DNA of 64,000 nucleotides, taken from assembly GCA_013265495.1 (NCBI GenBank), contig MU058065.1, forward strand, positions 1,772,364 to 1,836,363, in the 5' to 3' direction. The stretch's first letter is position 1, and every line of letters starts with the position of its first letter. The notes under the pieces were generated by a model. The model was not told where the DNA came from. It ran no database searches and worked only from the letters and a program-made list of their open reading frames with translations. Below are positions 38,073-51,910 of this stretch, in pieces. The DNA is from Vicugna vicugna. Taxonomy: Eukaryota. A program made the translations under genes and the position numbers.

Positions 38073-38540
38073 TAAAACACTTCATAATTTTTTAACTTTC
38101 ATTTTTCAAGAGATTTGCTTTGAACCTAGTGGGTAAGATAGGAAACATTGTATTATCCTCATGTTAAAAATTTTTTTTGAATCTTAAGTCCAGATAAAAA
38201 CTTGCCCAACATCTAATTGATAAACACATCAATATCCCTTAGTACTTGAATCACCCCAAGTTCAATGGATCCTCGTGAGGAGGTAGAGGCCCCTCATATT
38301 CAGTGGGTCTGGGATAAAACCATGAATCTGTATGTTTAACAAGTATTCCAAGTGATTCTTATGCGCTTGGTCCTCAGATCAGTTTTAGGAAAACACTGGA
38401 GGAGTTTGGAAACATAGTGCTGGAGCAACGTGAATTCAGCCCCAGCCCTACCCCTCACTGGCTGTTTGACTTTGGGCCAGTTTCTCTCTCTGTAACTTAT
38501 CTCAAAATTTTCATCTATAAAATGGGGCCCAGAACAGTAC

Positions 38541-38992
38541 TGTACTAGTTTGCTAGGACTGTTATCACGAAGCACCACAAACTGGGTGGCTTCACAACAG
38601 AAATTTATTATCTCATAATTCGGGAATCTGCGATTCTGAAATCAAGGTGTGGGCTGGGCTGGTTCCTTCTAAGGGCTATGAGGGAGAACCACGTCCACGC
38701 CTCTTTCCCAGCTCCCGGTGGTTTGCTGGTAATCTCTGGCACTCCTTGGCTTACCGATCTCTGACTTCATCTTCACGTGGTGTTTTCCATGTATCCATGT
38801 CTGTGTCCAAATTCCCCCTTTCATGAGGACACCAGCCATGTTGCATGAAGGGCCCACCCTACTCCAGTATGACTACATACTAACTAATTCCGTCTGCAAC
38901 ACCTCTGTTTCCAAATAAGGTCACATTCTGAGGTCCTGGGGATCAGAACTTCAACATATGAGTTTTTGAGTGACACAATTTAACCTGTAACC
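38541..38992 (-). mobile_element. MaLR MLT1 (B/C-like) LTR inserted in a MIR
   Basis: tgtactagtttgctaggactg...ccaaataaggtcacattctgagg...acaatttaacctgtaac. Near-TSD agtac/agtat. MIR halves on both sides. Confidence 0.88.
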
Positions 38993-40214
38993 AGTATCCA
39001 CTTCTCAAATTTGCACTCAGACCCTAAGGAGATAAATGTGCATAACATATTTAGCACAGTGTCTGGCACTTCTAAACTGTCATGAATGAGAGGCATTAAC
39101 TGTTATTAATGTTCCATTGTCTCCCTTCTTTCTGCCTTTACTACAGATGGTGACGGGGACATATAAATACAATGTAGACAAGAGTACCGACCTTTTCAAA
39201 ATGCTTTTTATATACTAGGAGAATAAATGATCTGGTATGTTTTCTCTATTTTAGAAGCTACAAGGAAATATAACAATTACACAAATCCTATTGATGCACG
39301 CAGGATCTGAAAACTCCTGGGAAACAGGGCAACTGCCTTGGCACTTTCTTCTGCTTTATAAAGCAGCTTTTTTTTTCCTTTAATGCTGCTTTTAATAATA
39401 TTACTTGGGCCCCAGGGTAATAAGTCTTTTCTAATCTTTTGCCTTTTGTACAGGGTTTTCCAATTGGTTTGAGGTTTTATTTGCTTATTTATGCCTCAAC
39501 TAATAGAGTTGTTGAATCCCTTGGAAATTAAAGTACTCTAAAGAGTTTACTGTTTAATTCGATAATTAAATTCCCCATAGCCTCTCACGATGTGGTGCTT
39601 CTTACAAAGAGAATACCCACCATTAAAATGTAAGTAGACGTGGGCAAGAAGCAATTCTCAGTGTAACCATGTCTACTCTCATTACCTCCCAGCAAATTAT
39701 CCACTTTGTAGACTATCTGCTAAAAACTCAAACTCTTATCAAAGAGAGTAAATGAGAGGGAAGGAACTGGCTCTGCCATTAACCCTTTAGTGGCTTTTTG
39801 CAAAAGCCTGAAAGCTCTCGAAATATGTCGTTTCTTGGTTGGTATGGCAGGGACAGGTAACTATGTCATGCACCCAAGTTTTCCATGAAGTTGTCAGAAT
39901 TTCCAGCTAGGGTCGTTAGCAGACGGCCAGAGTCCAACCTTCTGCAAGACAAAGAAATATTCTTCCAGCCCCTTCAAAGGTATATGGGAGTCAATATCTC
40001 GTAAGATAAATAAAATTGGGTATGGTTTGCTCTTTATAATATCTCCCTTCAGGGACCTGAGAATGATAACTTACCTCACCTTTGTAAAATCCTTTACAAT
40101 TTTTGAAGTTCATTCAAGGGATTGAACGTGATCCTGTGAAGTAAGATAAGGCACATTTTATTGTCCCCTCTTTTAAAAAACTGACTATATCTCACCATAT
40201 TTTGCAGCCTTAAA

Positions 40215-40750
40215 GAAGACATCTATTGTTTTAGCCTGGCCAACATCCAGCTCCCCTCTGTAAGTCAGCCCCTGGTGTTCTTTCAGGGAACCAGCCCCTT
40301 CCCAGCTCCTCTGCCACATGATTAGATGAACTGACCCCACCCCACCCCCACCAGTCTCCACGCTCTAGAAATGAGCATGTGATTCACATTGCTCAATAAG
40401 AGCATTCCACTTTCCAGGCCACAATGGCTGATTCAGGAATGGAGTGACACAAGATGTTTCAAAGAGAACTGGCTCTAGTCCCTTTGTTGAAACTGGTGGA
40501 AAAGGTGAGCTGTTTTCCCAGAGGTGCTTGGCTGGCATGATGCTATCCTTGTCACCACAAAGGAGAACGTAGCCGAGAATGAAGCCAACACAAAGAAAAC
40601 AGAACCAGGAACTGAGAGAGACATTACTGATGGTGTTTGGCACCTGGATTTCACTGTGCCTGAAACACTCCTGCTTGACTCTTCAGATATGTGGGCAGAT
40701 ATTTATTCTTTTTCTGCTCAGGTTAAGCAGTATTTCTGTTATTTGATACT
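40215..40750 (+). mobile_element. Old MaLR MLT1 LTR
   Basis: ccaggccacaatggctgattcaggaatgg..., gagaatgaagccaacaca, cacctggatt...gtgcctgaa. Confidence 0.6.
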
Positions 40751-43700
40751 GAAACCGCCCAAGGTCTCCACTACATTGATTAACAATGAGATGTAACACT
40801 CCCGGTATTAACAAGGACGTCCGTCAATGGGGAGCGGAGCAACTGCACTGTGATTTCCTTTTGAAATGAGCTCCACTCTTGTGGTCACATGAGATTTAAG
40901 AAAATGTTAGTGAATGTCCAAAATAAATATGCTCAAAGAAATCATGGGACTTTGCAAATCAGCTCACCTCCTTTCCTTCGTTCTTTCGTGGTCTCAGATC
41001 TGGCTTCCAGAAGCTAATGTTAAGATGAGGATTCACATGCAAGGGATTGATTTAGAAGTGGAGAAACTGGTAAGACAAAGGAGGAAAGCAGACAGGGAAG
41101 AGGGGGAACCCAGCCAGGTCCAATCCAGCAGAGTCCAGTGAGGGTGGCATCAGCCTGATCGTGCTGGAGAGCTCTGGAGGGTGTCACACCTTAGAGTGCT
41201 TCCCATTTGAGGCAAGGAGCTGGGGCTTTCCCCACTCCTGAATCTGTACAGCCCCCAGAGAGTATAAATTCTATGCACAGTCAAAGGCATCCAACCGCTC
41301 AAGGACAGACCTCTGGAAAAGCCAGGGACTTCTGAGGAAAAAGCACAATGATGGAGGAGACTCAAAATGGATAAGAAGGACACACAAATGTCTGTGTGGA
41401 GCCCCAATATTATCTATCACGTTCCCCCTATCCCTTTGCCACTACCAGTGACTTCAGGCAGGTTCTTCTAAATTTATACTTGAAAGAATATGGAGAAGGA
41501 ATATTATCCAGGCTTTCAATCATTGTTTTTCATTTCCTGCAATCATTTAAAAATTAATCTTTATTAATACTAAAAAGACTATATTCTAAACTTATTAAAA
41601 GTACAACTGTCAGCTGGGCTTCAAAAATTCAGTAGAATTAATATGGAAAAAAAAAAACCCAGATTCTTCCATTTGTAGTTCCTCTGGCTATTTAAGTCAG
41701 GAACTTTGAAAAGTTTGAAGTCTTTCAGATTCCTTGGTTTCGATTCATAAATGCTCTGGTGGCCTTAGAAGATTCACACCTCATTTATGAACAGAGAATA
41801 TGTTTACCCTCTATTCTACCTTGGCCTTCAATCTCTTTGTAGATTTGAAAAAGCACATCTTTTAGATCATAATACAACGTGCAGTCATCATACTTCAAAA
41901 ATATGAGCTTATTTTTAAATTGATAGTCCATGAGTGACAGTGGTCTGAAGGTAGAAGACATAAAATACCACGTATGTTATTTATTCATACACATCCTCAT
42001 CTTCTAGGAACATCAGATAAGTATAAAGTCATATAATTGTCCTGTTATATCTGTTTGTATCTATTGTCCATGATCTCCATTGATCAGTATTTAAAATCAT
42101 TCACATTCAATGAATTTTTGTTTACTGGGTTATTTATCTCACTTTTTTCTAAGCTCTCTCATCACATAAAATTTTGAAGATTGGTTGTACCTTGATTTAC
42201 CAAAAACCTTTCTAACATCAAGATATATTCTAGCCACTGAATGCCTAAGAGGCTGTCCACTTTCTTTAAACATGTTACAGAAACTATGAATCATTTTACT
42301 ACCAAGTTATAAAACTCTGAAAATGTGAGAGAACTGATGAAGAAGCTAAGATTCCTTGGAGCGTCTCTGACCATATCAGTGACCGTTTTCCTCCCTTTTG
42401 CCCAGGAACACATTCTTCCCATTTTAGATAAGAGTCAGCTTTTGATCATTAAACTCTATTGCAGAAAGAGCCGGGTACAACCATGGGGATTGTGATAAGG
42501 AAGGAATAAGAGAGAAATTAATAGGTCTTCTTTTGAAAAGCTTTTCTCTAGATAAATCTGGCTTGAATGAAAGGAGCCAAGTTGACATTGTTGATCTCTG
42601 ATTCCTGAAAATGAAGAGAAGAAAGACATGTGCAGGTCGGGGTGGGGGTAGGTACAAATTAGAGTCTCAGATATCATTCAGTATTCTTTTGCCAAATGGT
42701 TAAGCACTGAAGAATATTGAAGTTAAGGTCTGAGAAGACTTACGTTGCCAACAGAAATGAACTCTTTATTTGAAAGAGACTGAGAATCCACTGACCATCT
42801 GTCATAAAACTTACAGAGGACTTTTAAGGGCATCCTCTTCCAGGAAAAAGAAAATCATGTTATTCCCCAAATACTAACACCACTTTTCTCTTTCTTACCA
42901 TATACACACTCACAATTCTTTCTGTCAGCATCATAGTACTATTAAAAGACAAATCTGCTGTCATAACCCTTCAATGTCAGATTAATCAGTGGGTATTCCT
43001 CTTCCATTGGGACCAAAAAAAAAGTTTTAATAAAGAAGTTGGTACTCTAGGAAACATTCATGCCAGTTCATGCCAGTTCTCCTCATTTCCATACAAAAAC
43101 CAAAGTTTCCCAGACTTCTTGATTCCTTTAGCCTTCATCACCTGCTCCTTCTTAAGCTCTTACCCCAGCCCACTACCACAGAACAAGCACCAACAAGCTC
43201 TTAAGCACATAGGGAAAATTGTTAATGTTTTGATCACTTCTCTGTTTACCCAAAAATAAATAAAATAAAATAAAAATGTACACAGTCATATATACCTGTA
43301 TCCCCCTGCTTGCTGGCCGGAGGCAAGTGTCACACTGGGTTTACACGTGCTTTGTGGGTGCACCTGACACACAATGACTAGTACTTTGCAATTGTACAGC
43401 AGGATTTGTGGAGCTGTTCTGAGCACAGTGCTGAACTGATTAACACATCATTAGGGGGTCAGCATTCATTCCTCAGACTTTGAGGGCATTACAGCGTGCT
43501 CCTCAAGCTCAAAACTGTCAGATTGCTCTTGTGAGCATCCTCTAAAACCACATCCACTAGAAAATAATTTGCCAGCCTAACTGGGGCAGAATGAAAAACC
43601 TCAGGAAAAAGACACATTAGTTGACTACTGGGTTCAATGCCAGAAGCAGGGAACTCAAGCTCTATGAGATTTCAGGGTCAGACCCTGGTCTCTCCTGTGA

Positions 43701-45706
43701 GATAAAGGTCTTTGCGACATAAAACTGTCTGGATTGATGCAAATGCTGCTCTCCATTGTGACAGAGTATTATTTTAGTCATAAGAATGTACTTAATTGCT
43801 GTCTTGAGGTCAGAGCCATAGCAATTCCTCCAAAGATAAAGCCTATAGAATAAAATAAAGATATTTTTAAAGTTTGGGGGAATGTATGACATCATGCCTT
43901 TTTAACTTAAATCATTTTTTGTTTGATCAATGAATATCACACATGCTGCCTAGATTAACTGAGGTAGTCTTAGAGAAAAAATAATGTCCAACATGTTACA
44001 CGAAGTATATCGGGTATGTATGTATGTGTGTGTGTGTATATTTGCTTCTTAGGCTCAGTTTATCACAGGTGTCCCAGTCCTTTTATAAGTACTAAATCTA
44101 TAACTATTATGCTTTCTTTTCCAAAAGCAACCACATCAAAACACAACCCATTGTACGTTTTGTAATTTCAAATGCTTAACAAATGCTAAGTGATTTCATT
44201 ACCAAGAATAATGACATATACAAATTTCAGGTTAATAAGCATTCCATCCAACGTTCTTTAAGATCAACAGAGACAATTACAGGTTCTTTTTCAGTAATAA
44301 TGTCCTTTATTTCCATGGTCTTATAAGGAACGTAAAAAGGAAAAATATTTGTCAACATGCTATTTAAGTTGGAATGATACTTAGTTCCCTAAAACTATAC
44401 ACAAGCCAGATTTCTTGATGCGAAAAGTACTTCTTTGTGCCTCTTGTTAAATTTAAGTCAGTGGTCCAATATTTCTGTGCTTAGTCAGAGAAGACTTTCT
44501 TTTCCTCCTGATTATCTACCTCTGTATCCTGAGTTTTAAGTACTCTCTCTTTCAAGTCATTTTCACATTCTGACTTCAGGCTCTCAGACGTATATTTCAC
44601 TGATGCTATTACTCGTGTTTACTGATTTGATGAGTGACTCCTAGAATTTATGGTCTTGGGAGAACTGCCAGGTAAGATCCAATCAACTTGCAGCTCACTT
44701 TCAGTGAGAAACGTGAAAAACATTTAGAAATAGAATACCTTAAAAACAAGATGATTTTTTCCCCCGTTTCCTGAATGTAATATTCTAAACACGCTGATGG
44801 CAAATTTCACAGAACTAAGTGACACTAACCACAAAGCCCCTTTATTTTTCTATTACCAATTTATTGAGAATTAACATATATAAAAAGATTAAATGACTTC
44901 AACATTTGATTGCCAGCTTGCTGTTAGATGTAAATGATATTGTTCTGAAAACGACTCTCCAGGGCTGAAAAACTATTCATATTGAAACAAGGGTATTGAG
45001 TCTTCAGCGATCAAAGTGGACCAATGCAAACATCTTTGGTGAGTGCCATTTTCGTAAGGAAGTAAATTTTAAATGAAAATATTCTGCTTACATTTGGATA
45101 CCAGCTTTAACTCTGTTCAAGTATGCATAAATATGTCTTATTAATTACCACTGTAACTGTATTTTCCAAAGGATTTCTCCTACACTCTATCCAGGTACCC
45201 AATGCAGTGACCATGGCTTTCTCACTCATCAGCCCATGCCCTTCATCAACTTACTTCGGCACATTCATAAGCAATGGTAAGAGGAACACAAATAAAATGT
45301 AGCGGACCTGGCATTTTAACACGTTCTGCCCAGTCTTGGCAAATTAACAGAATTATGAGTATAAAGTTGAAGCAATCACTCTTGTGGCAGTGACGGTCGT
45401 AAGTAAACAGAAACGGCCCATCAGCTGCTGAATGTTGTGTCTCTTATTTACTGTTCTGAACTTCCTGCTTTTGAAAGAGATTTGTCATTAAAATCTGCTG
45501 CTTTAATTAGTGTATTGGGGAAGCCACAGAAGGGAGGGAAGCTAAATTACCTAATTACCTGAATTACACTAATTATCTCCACGTGTTAAAGCTCCTTCCT
45601 CTCTGCAAAATTTAAAGCCCTCTCCTCTCAAATTAGGAGTGTCTTTCCACTCCCAATCCTGGTAAAGGGGAATCTAGTCCACTTTGTGGTTAGTCTCTTT
45701 CCATTT

Positions 45707-45725
45707 TGACCTCTAGAGGGCGATC
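45707..45725 (+). promoter_or_regulatory. Candidate CTCF site
   Basis: TGACCTCTAGAGGGCGATC closely fits the CTCF core CCASYAGRKGGC. Confidence 0.45.
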
Positions 45726-46216
45726 CTTCCTAATTTTAAAAGGATCTGATTCTAAAGGGAAAAAGCTGAGAAACTAACCAAACCTCAGAATTGGAAAGTA
45801 ATCACTCATACAGACTATAACAGGAGAAAAAGCTGCTTTCAAGTTACCTGTGACCCAGCAACCACCCGAGTCTTTGTTTTTCACACAATGCCCTCTCTTT
45901 TCATTCCCGCATTCATAAGAGTCGACCCACTTTTAACTGCCTTGAGATAAAGAAAAAAATCACATAATCTCCTAAAAAACCCTTTCAGCTTTATAAATCC
46001 TACCTGCTTCATTGTGTCATTTTGTTTCTGTTTCTACAGGTTAAAATATTGACATGTTAGGTTTCCCACCTCTATTTTCCTCTTCCTGGGCTTCGTTTGT
46101 TTAGTGTGGTATTGTTTTTAAGAGAAGAAACATGCCACTTAGTACATGATAAAGATGGCCTTAGATTGTGGATTCATGGAATACATATTACCTGTCCTTT
46201 ATAAAGTAAAGTTTCC

Positions 46217-46485
46217 AAATAAACTTATGGTTACCAGGGAGAAAAGGGGGTGGGAAGCGATAAATTGGGAATTTGAGATTTGCAGATACTAACAACTACA
46301 TACAAAATAGATTAACAAGTTTCTTCAGTATGGCACAGGGAACTATATTTGGTATCTTGTAGTAACCTATAATAAAAAAAGCTATGAAAAGGAATATATG
46401 TATGTATATGTATGACTGAAATACTATGCTGTACACCAGAAATTGAAACATTGCAACTGACTATATTTCAATTTATTAAAAAAAA
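46217..46485 (+). mobile_element. L1 3' end with A-tail
   Basis: aaacttatggttaccaggg...gataaattgggaatttgagatttgcagatac...tgactatatttcaatttattaaaaaaaa. Confidence 0.9.
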
Positions 46486-46959
46486 GGAATGATAATGTTT
46501 TGAGAGATCTGAAATAGAGAAAATTTAAATACATCATCTACAAAGCAAAAAAATATTATTTACAGAATGAGTGACAGTTATTTCGCATAAGCAAAATTTT
46601 AACTGGGAAAGTTTTATTGTATTTTAGAGAATCATTGTGACGATTATAATATCCTGATACTAAAAGATTATGTTTAAGTATTGAACATTGAGTTATTTTT
46701 AAAATTTCATTCTACGTTTAATATTTTCTCCTAAGTTTCTCCTGACAGAAGTACTGCATCATTTAAGATAAGATTTTGTTAATCAGTACATTCTTTTCCC
46801 CATGAACAACTCAAACCTAATTTGGAAAAAAATAAAGCAATGCATAGAGGTTTAAAAAGCAAAAAATAAATAAATAAAATGTTCATCTAAGATTTCCTTG
46901 TTAATCCACCCACATTCTATAATTCCACCACTAGGCTCCCTATAAAAACAAGGACCAAT

Positions 46960-47160
46960 GTTTATTTATTGAACATTTCCTATGTGCCAGGCATCGCACT
47001 AGGCAATTTACCTGAATTTTATCATTTAATCCTTAGAACAACTCAAGGATATATTATTACCCACTTTACAAGTAAGGAACCCAAAGCTCAGAGACAGTAA
47101 GTAACTTGCCCAACATCACTTAGTAGGTTTCACTAGAATTCGAGCCACTTCCGTCTAACA
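46960..47160 (-). mobile_element. MIR SINE
   Basis: atttattgaacatttcctatgtgccaggca...aaagctcagagacagtaagtaacttgccca. Confidence 0.8.
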
Positions 47161-48707
47161 CAGGGTCAATTTTCCCATCCACAGCTGCCGCATCAACCTG
47201 GGAAGACTGCCCTGAAATGCCTCCAAACCTGCAAGCTTTTAAGTTCTCCTTTCTTTCAACAACAGTAAAGAGACCTTAAAGAAATCTCGGGAAAAACAAG
47301 GAATTTATTTTCTCAGTATTCCCCCTGGCAAAACTGACTCAATATGGCTTAGAAAAATCCCAAATCCTTATTTCATACCATACTGGGTACTGTTCACATT
47401 TAAGCTAGCCAGACAGCCTCGATCAAAACTTTAGCTCTTCGGTTAACTAGCTGAAATCCTTCTAACACATGGTTTAATCTCCCTGGGCCTCAGTTTCCTC
47501 ATCTGGAAACTGGATAATAGTGTAGACTTCACAAGTGAGGCTTAAATAAACAGCTCTATGTGATGGACTCACACCAATACCTAGTCAATAGTCAGTAAGT
47601 GCCAATTCTAATTGTTTTTCTTGAGGTCAGAGGAGAGAGAGGTTTAATAATGGGAAATATGAGAGAGGATCTCCAACCTGAAAATAAAAGAACAAATAAA
47701 AGGATGTGCACATCGTTTAAACTTAACAGATAAGATTTTTTTTTAAGTCCCATGTAAATAGGCCCGTTTGGTTTTGGTTTCTGTTTGTTTTGTTAGGGTG
47801 ATACAGCTTCCGTGGGTACATAGGAGGTTTTCCTGGGCGAGAAAAAAAAGTTTACCTAGTTTAACAGGTTATGCGCATATTTCACTCCAAATGCCGAGCT
47901 CCACCCCTGCCCCCACACCGCGAAACTGAAATGCCTTATTTCCTTAAGAAAACTTCAGACACCAAAGCCATCTGTGCAGAAAAAGTTAAGAAATCGATTA
48001 CGCCAATCTCACTTCCTTTCTATCAGGTGTTTCACAGAATTCACTGTTCCATCTCAGTATCCCAACCCTGCCAGTCACTTTGTGTTGCCCTCCGTCCTGA
48101 ACAGCTCAGTCTGAACTTCAGAGTAGAGCCTCTCCTTCGGAAATAATGTCGTGCATCTTCAATTCAGGTATACCTCCTAGGAAATATTGTACTGGCCACG
48201 GGCGATGAATCCACAGCACGTCTGTTGCATGAACTCTTCAGCCTCCACTCACTTGCCTTTGAATTTCCTTTATATTGAAAGCACTCAACCAGTAAAACAA
48301 GACGTCAAATGTGGTAAACTCTACCACCTGCTGGGAGCAGTCGGTGGAAAAGGCACAATCAGTGGGTCCACTGAAGGATCAAGGACCTTAGGCTTTGCTT
48401 TTTGGTTTCTATCTGCTTGTATGATTATTGCTCTGGATAGCAGCACATTCATCTTTGGCAACGTGGCGCGGGAGGTTTTCTATGTGAAACTCTAAGCTCC
48501 TTTTTAGTGAAAAGAGCTTCTTGTTATAGGAGGAGCGATATGCTTTATATATAATCGATTTGATTAATCTGGCTACAAATCCATGAAGAGATCAACACAA
48601 ACCTTTAACCCAGTGCATGGCAGCCTTTTATCTATACCCCTAATTTTATTTCTAAAATTATCTTCTCATGTTAACACTCATATAAATTTTTTTCTTTCAA
48701 CCTATTA

Positions 48708-48921
48708 CAGGTTTCTCAGCCTTGTCACTGCTGACACGTTGGACCCAATAATTCTCTGTTGTGGGGGACTGTCCTGTGCCCTGCAGGGTGTTTCGTAGCA
48801 TCCCTGGCCTCTACCCACTAGACGCCATCAGCAAACCTCTCTCTGTTATAACCACCAAAACTGTCTCCAGACATTGTTAAACATCCCTCGGGAGCAAAAT
48901 CACCCCTGTTAAGAATCGCCG
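48708..48921 (+). mobile_element. MER20 (hAT-Charlie), near full length
   Basis: caggtttctcagccttgtcactgctgacac...gcatccctggcctctacccactagacgcc...caaaatcacccctgttaagaatc. Confidence 0.88.
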
Positions 48922-51089
48922 ATCAACTAACATTGTCCTATAGCACTAGGTGTTTGATTTTCATTTTGAATATTAATAGTAATTATTGAGGTTTTATTTT
49001 TTTTTCCCCTGATTTTGGACTATGCTTTTCTCTGCTAGCGGATGCAAAAGCATTCTATAAATATCACGGATCCTTAAGTCGGCATTGTTGAGTTGTGAAA
49101 ACCATAATCAAACAGCTGTGCGATGGTCCAGGACATTGACAGTGAAAGTCAGCGCCAGCATCATGTAGGCACCTGCTCGATGGTTCAGCCTGCTGTGCTG
49201 GCTTCTGTGATCCGATCCCAGCAGTCTTCCTGAGGATGCTCCCTCCAAAACGCCTGCATGAGGCAGGGCCCACAGGAGCCTCAAAACAAAGGCAAGCAGT
49301 TGCCTAACTGAATGATGCCATATCCATGCACAGCAGGTGTGACCCGGGCCCCAGGAAGCAGTGAATTGAACAATACTGCCTCTATGTCACCTGACTGCCG
49401 AGGAAGTAAAAACAACCTGGTTATTCAAAGCACAGATATCTGTGGCACTGAGGCCAGCCCTCCATCAGGTTCTGAAGTATGCGCGGGTCACCTGGGTCAC
49501 ACACTTCGTCTTTCAGCATCCTCCCTCATCACAAGTCCAACCTGTCTCCTGCCCCAGAGGAGCTTCTGAGGCATCCCCCACCTGGGCTTCCTGGACTAAA
49601 ACATCCTTTCATATAAATGTTCTTTCCTGGAGTCATGTGCAGCTGATCCCACAATCTGATCTGCAGTTATCTAGATCCAAGTGTGTAAACTGGCAGCCCA
49701 TGGGTCAGGTCTACCCCAGGAAACATACATTCCTTTAGCTAGCAAGGTGTTTTTTAAACTTTTTGGTCTAACTCCCAGCATGTATAAACCTGGAAATTTT
49801 CTCTAAAAATTCCAGATTTCCAACTACTCTTGAAGACCTTGCCTGTGACACCACCGGCACCCAGCAGTCACCTGTAGCCACAGAGCCATGCAACCTGTTT
49901 AGACAGACCAGATCACATGCTCCCTGGACCATCCCCAGGCCTGCTTCCCTCAGTTATTTGTGTCACCTGCCTCACCCCCATAGGCATCTGAGTATGTCAT
50001 CCCCTCATTTGAATCCCAGAGATTCACGTGCTGAAATTGTAATTATTTCTGGAAAACAGAATCAGCAAGACTGACAGAGGATGTAATAAAATTTAAAACA
50101 ACCACATTTTAATGCTATTCATGCACTTTTCCTAGACACCATTTTTTCCTAACAGACAAGAAATATCTCATCGAATTCTCACAAAAGCCATTTGAAGTAG
50201 GTACAACTATTATCCTCCGATGGGAGAGAAGGAAACTGAGGTACAGATGGGTTAAGAAATGTGTTCTAATGTCAGGATCCATATGGGAAAGAACCCAAGT
50301 GGTCTGACTCTAGACTCCAAGCCAAGCTTGCCTTGGCTCTTTACTGCCTCTCAAACTGTGAATTCCCACAATACCTCAGAAGCAATCGTTATTACTATCC
50401 CATCTTTACAGATGAAGGAATTGGAGATCAGAGAAGTTAGGCGCTCTCCTGGAAAGAGTTGTCCAAGTGCTGCAAAGGAGAGACCAGCTACTGTCTGCAC
50501 CAGCTTCTCAGAGTCAGCCCCAAGCAGCAGGGCTGGGTTTTCAGGACCACAGACCACCCAGGGCTGCAGGCCCGTCCTGGTCAGACCTTAACCAAAGGAG
50601 GCGCGAAGGGCGGTCTGCTCCGCTCTGCTCCAGCCCCCAGGCCCTGTGCGGGATCAGCACAGGCAGCCAGCAAAGCCTTCCAGATGGGCCACACCGCCCA
50701 AAGGGCTGGACTCGTCCAGCAGGGCCGATGCCAAGTCCGCTGAACTTGCCGTGCCCTGCAGGGCGGTGGCTGCTGTGCCGAGGTCAAGAGGAAGTCGCAG
50801 AAGTGGGAGCGGAGAGCAGGGGTGGAAGCTGGGACAGCTGGGGGAAAACTGAAGCCAAAGTCACAAAGGAATCCACCCTGCGTATACAGAAAGAAAAAAA
50901 CCTAAAGGATTCCGGAAGCAGCAACATCTCTTCTTCAGTCTGACCAAATCTATAGCCCAGTCTCAGTTCCCACGGAGTATCGCACACACAGGCTTAAATG
51001 AGCCTGTCTTGTACAACACAAGAAATTGCTCCATTTTAAAATACACAGCGGGGCAGCGGAGAAAGTCCTAGATGTCCCAACAGACACAT

Positions 51090-51910
51090 CTTCAGCCAAG
51101 GCCTGGAGATCATCCTTGGCCCCCGTCTCCCTTTAACTTCCCTTGTTCTATTCTTGTAGGTCCAGTCCCCTCTTCCCCAAACCTTCTCCCACACTCATCC
51201 TCCTCTCTCCATCTCAGCTGCTAAAGCCCTTGGCCAGCCCACAGGCATCTCTCACCTGGATTGTTGCCTTGGCCCCCTCATGCTTTCCTTTTCATGCCCC
51301 CTTGTCATTTTCACCTCTCCAGTCCATCTTCCAAACAGCAAAATGTAAATCTGATCGCATCATTCCAACATGCAAAACCCTCCGACACATTTAAAGTCGA
51401 ACTTCTTGCCATCCTAGAAAAGCCAGCGTCTCCATCTTCACCTCCGACGATCTCTCTCGGTTGCTGTCTAACACTGGGAATCCTAAACTTCGTTGCTCCC
51501 CAAAAACATCAAATTCATTTCACTTGCATACACTCTGCCCAAAGAGAGTAGCAACTCTCTTTTCCTACATTTTCCCATTGCTATTTCCTCACTTCCTTCA
51601 AGTTTCTTTTCTGACGTACACGCTTTCTGACCATCAAAATTTTCTAAAACAGCCTCATTCACTGTCTCCCCCTTCCCAGGTGTCTCTGTGTCCTCACAGC
51701 ACTTGATCTTTTTTTACCTCTTTTTTTAGCACTTAGCACAGTCTGAAATTGTCCAATACATGTATCTGCTTTTTTTTTTTTGAGTCTCCCTTCACTAAAA
51801 TATAACCTCTGAGAACATCTACCTGGTCTGTCTTGTCCGGGGCTGTGTCTTCAGAACAAAGAACCATGCCTGGCACACGGGAGTTGCTCAATAAATTTTT
51901 GTTGAGTGAG
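51090..51910 (+). mobile_element. L2 3' region
   Basis: tcatccttggc..., aaatgtaaatctgatc, terminus atgcctggcacacgggagttgctcaataaatttttgttgagtga. Confidence 0.72.

Noticed and set aside
37624..38136. 170-aa hydrophobic + strand ORF
   Set aside because: Antisense reading of L1 ORF2, a common artefact.
50259..50987. Stack of overlapping ORFs
   Set aside because: Explained by high GC and MIR sequence; no homology or exon structure evident.
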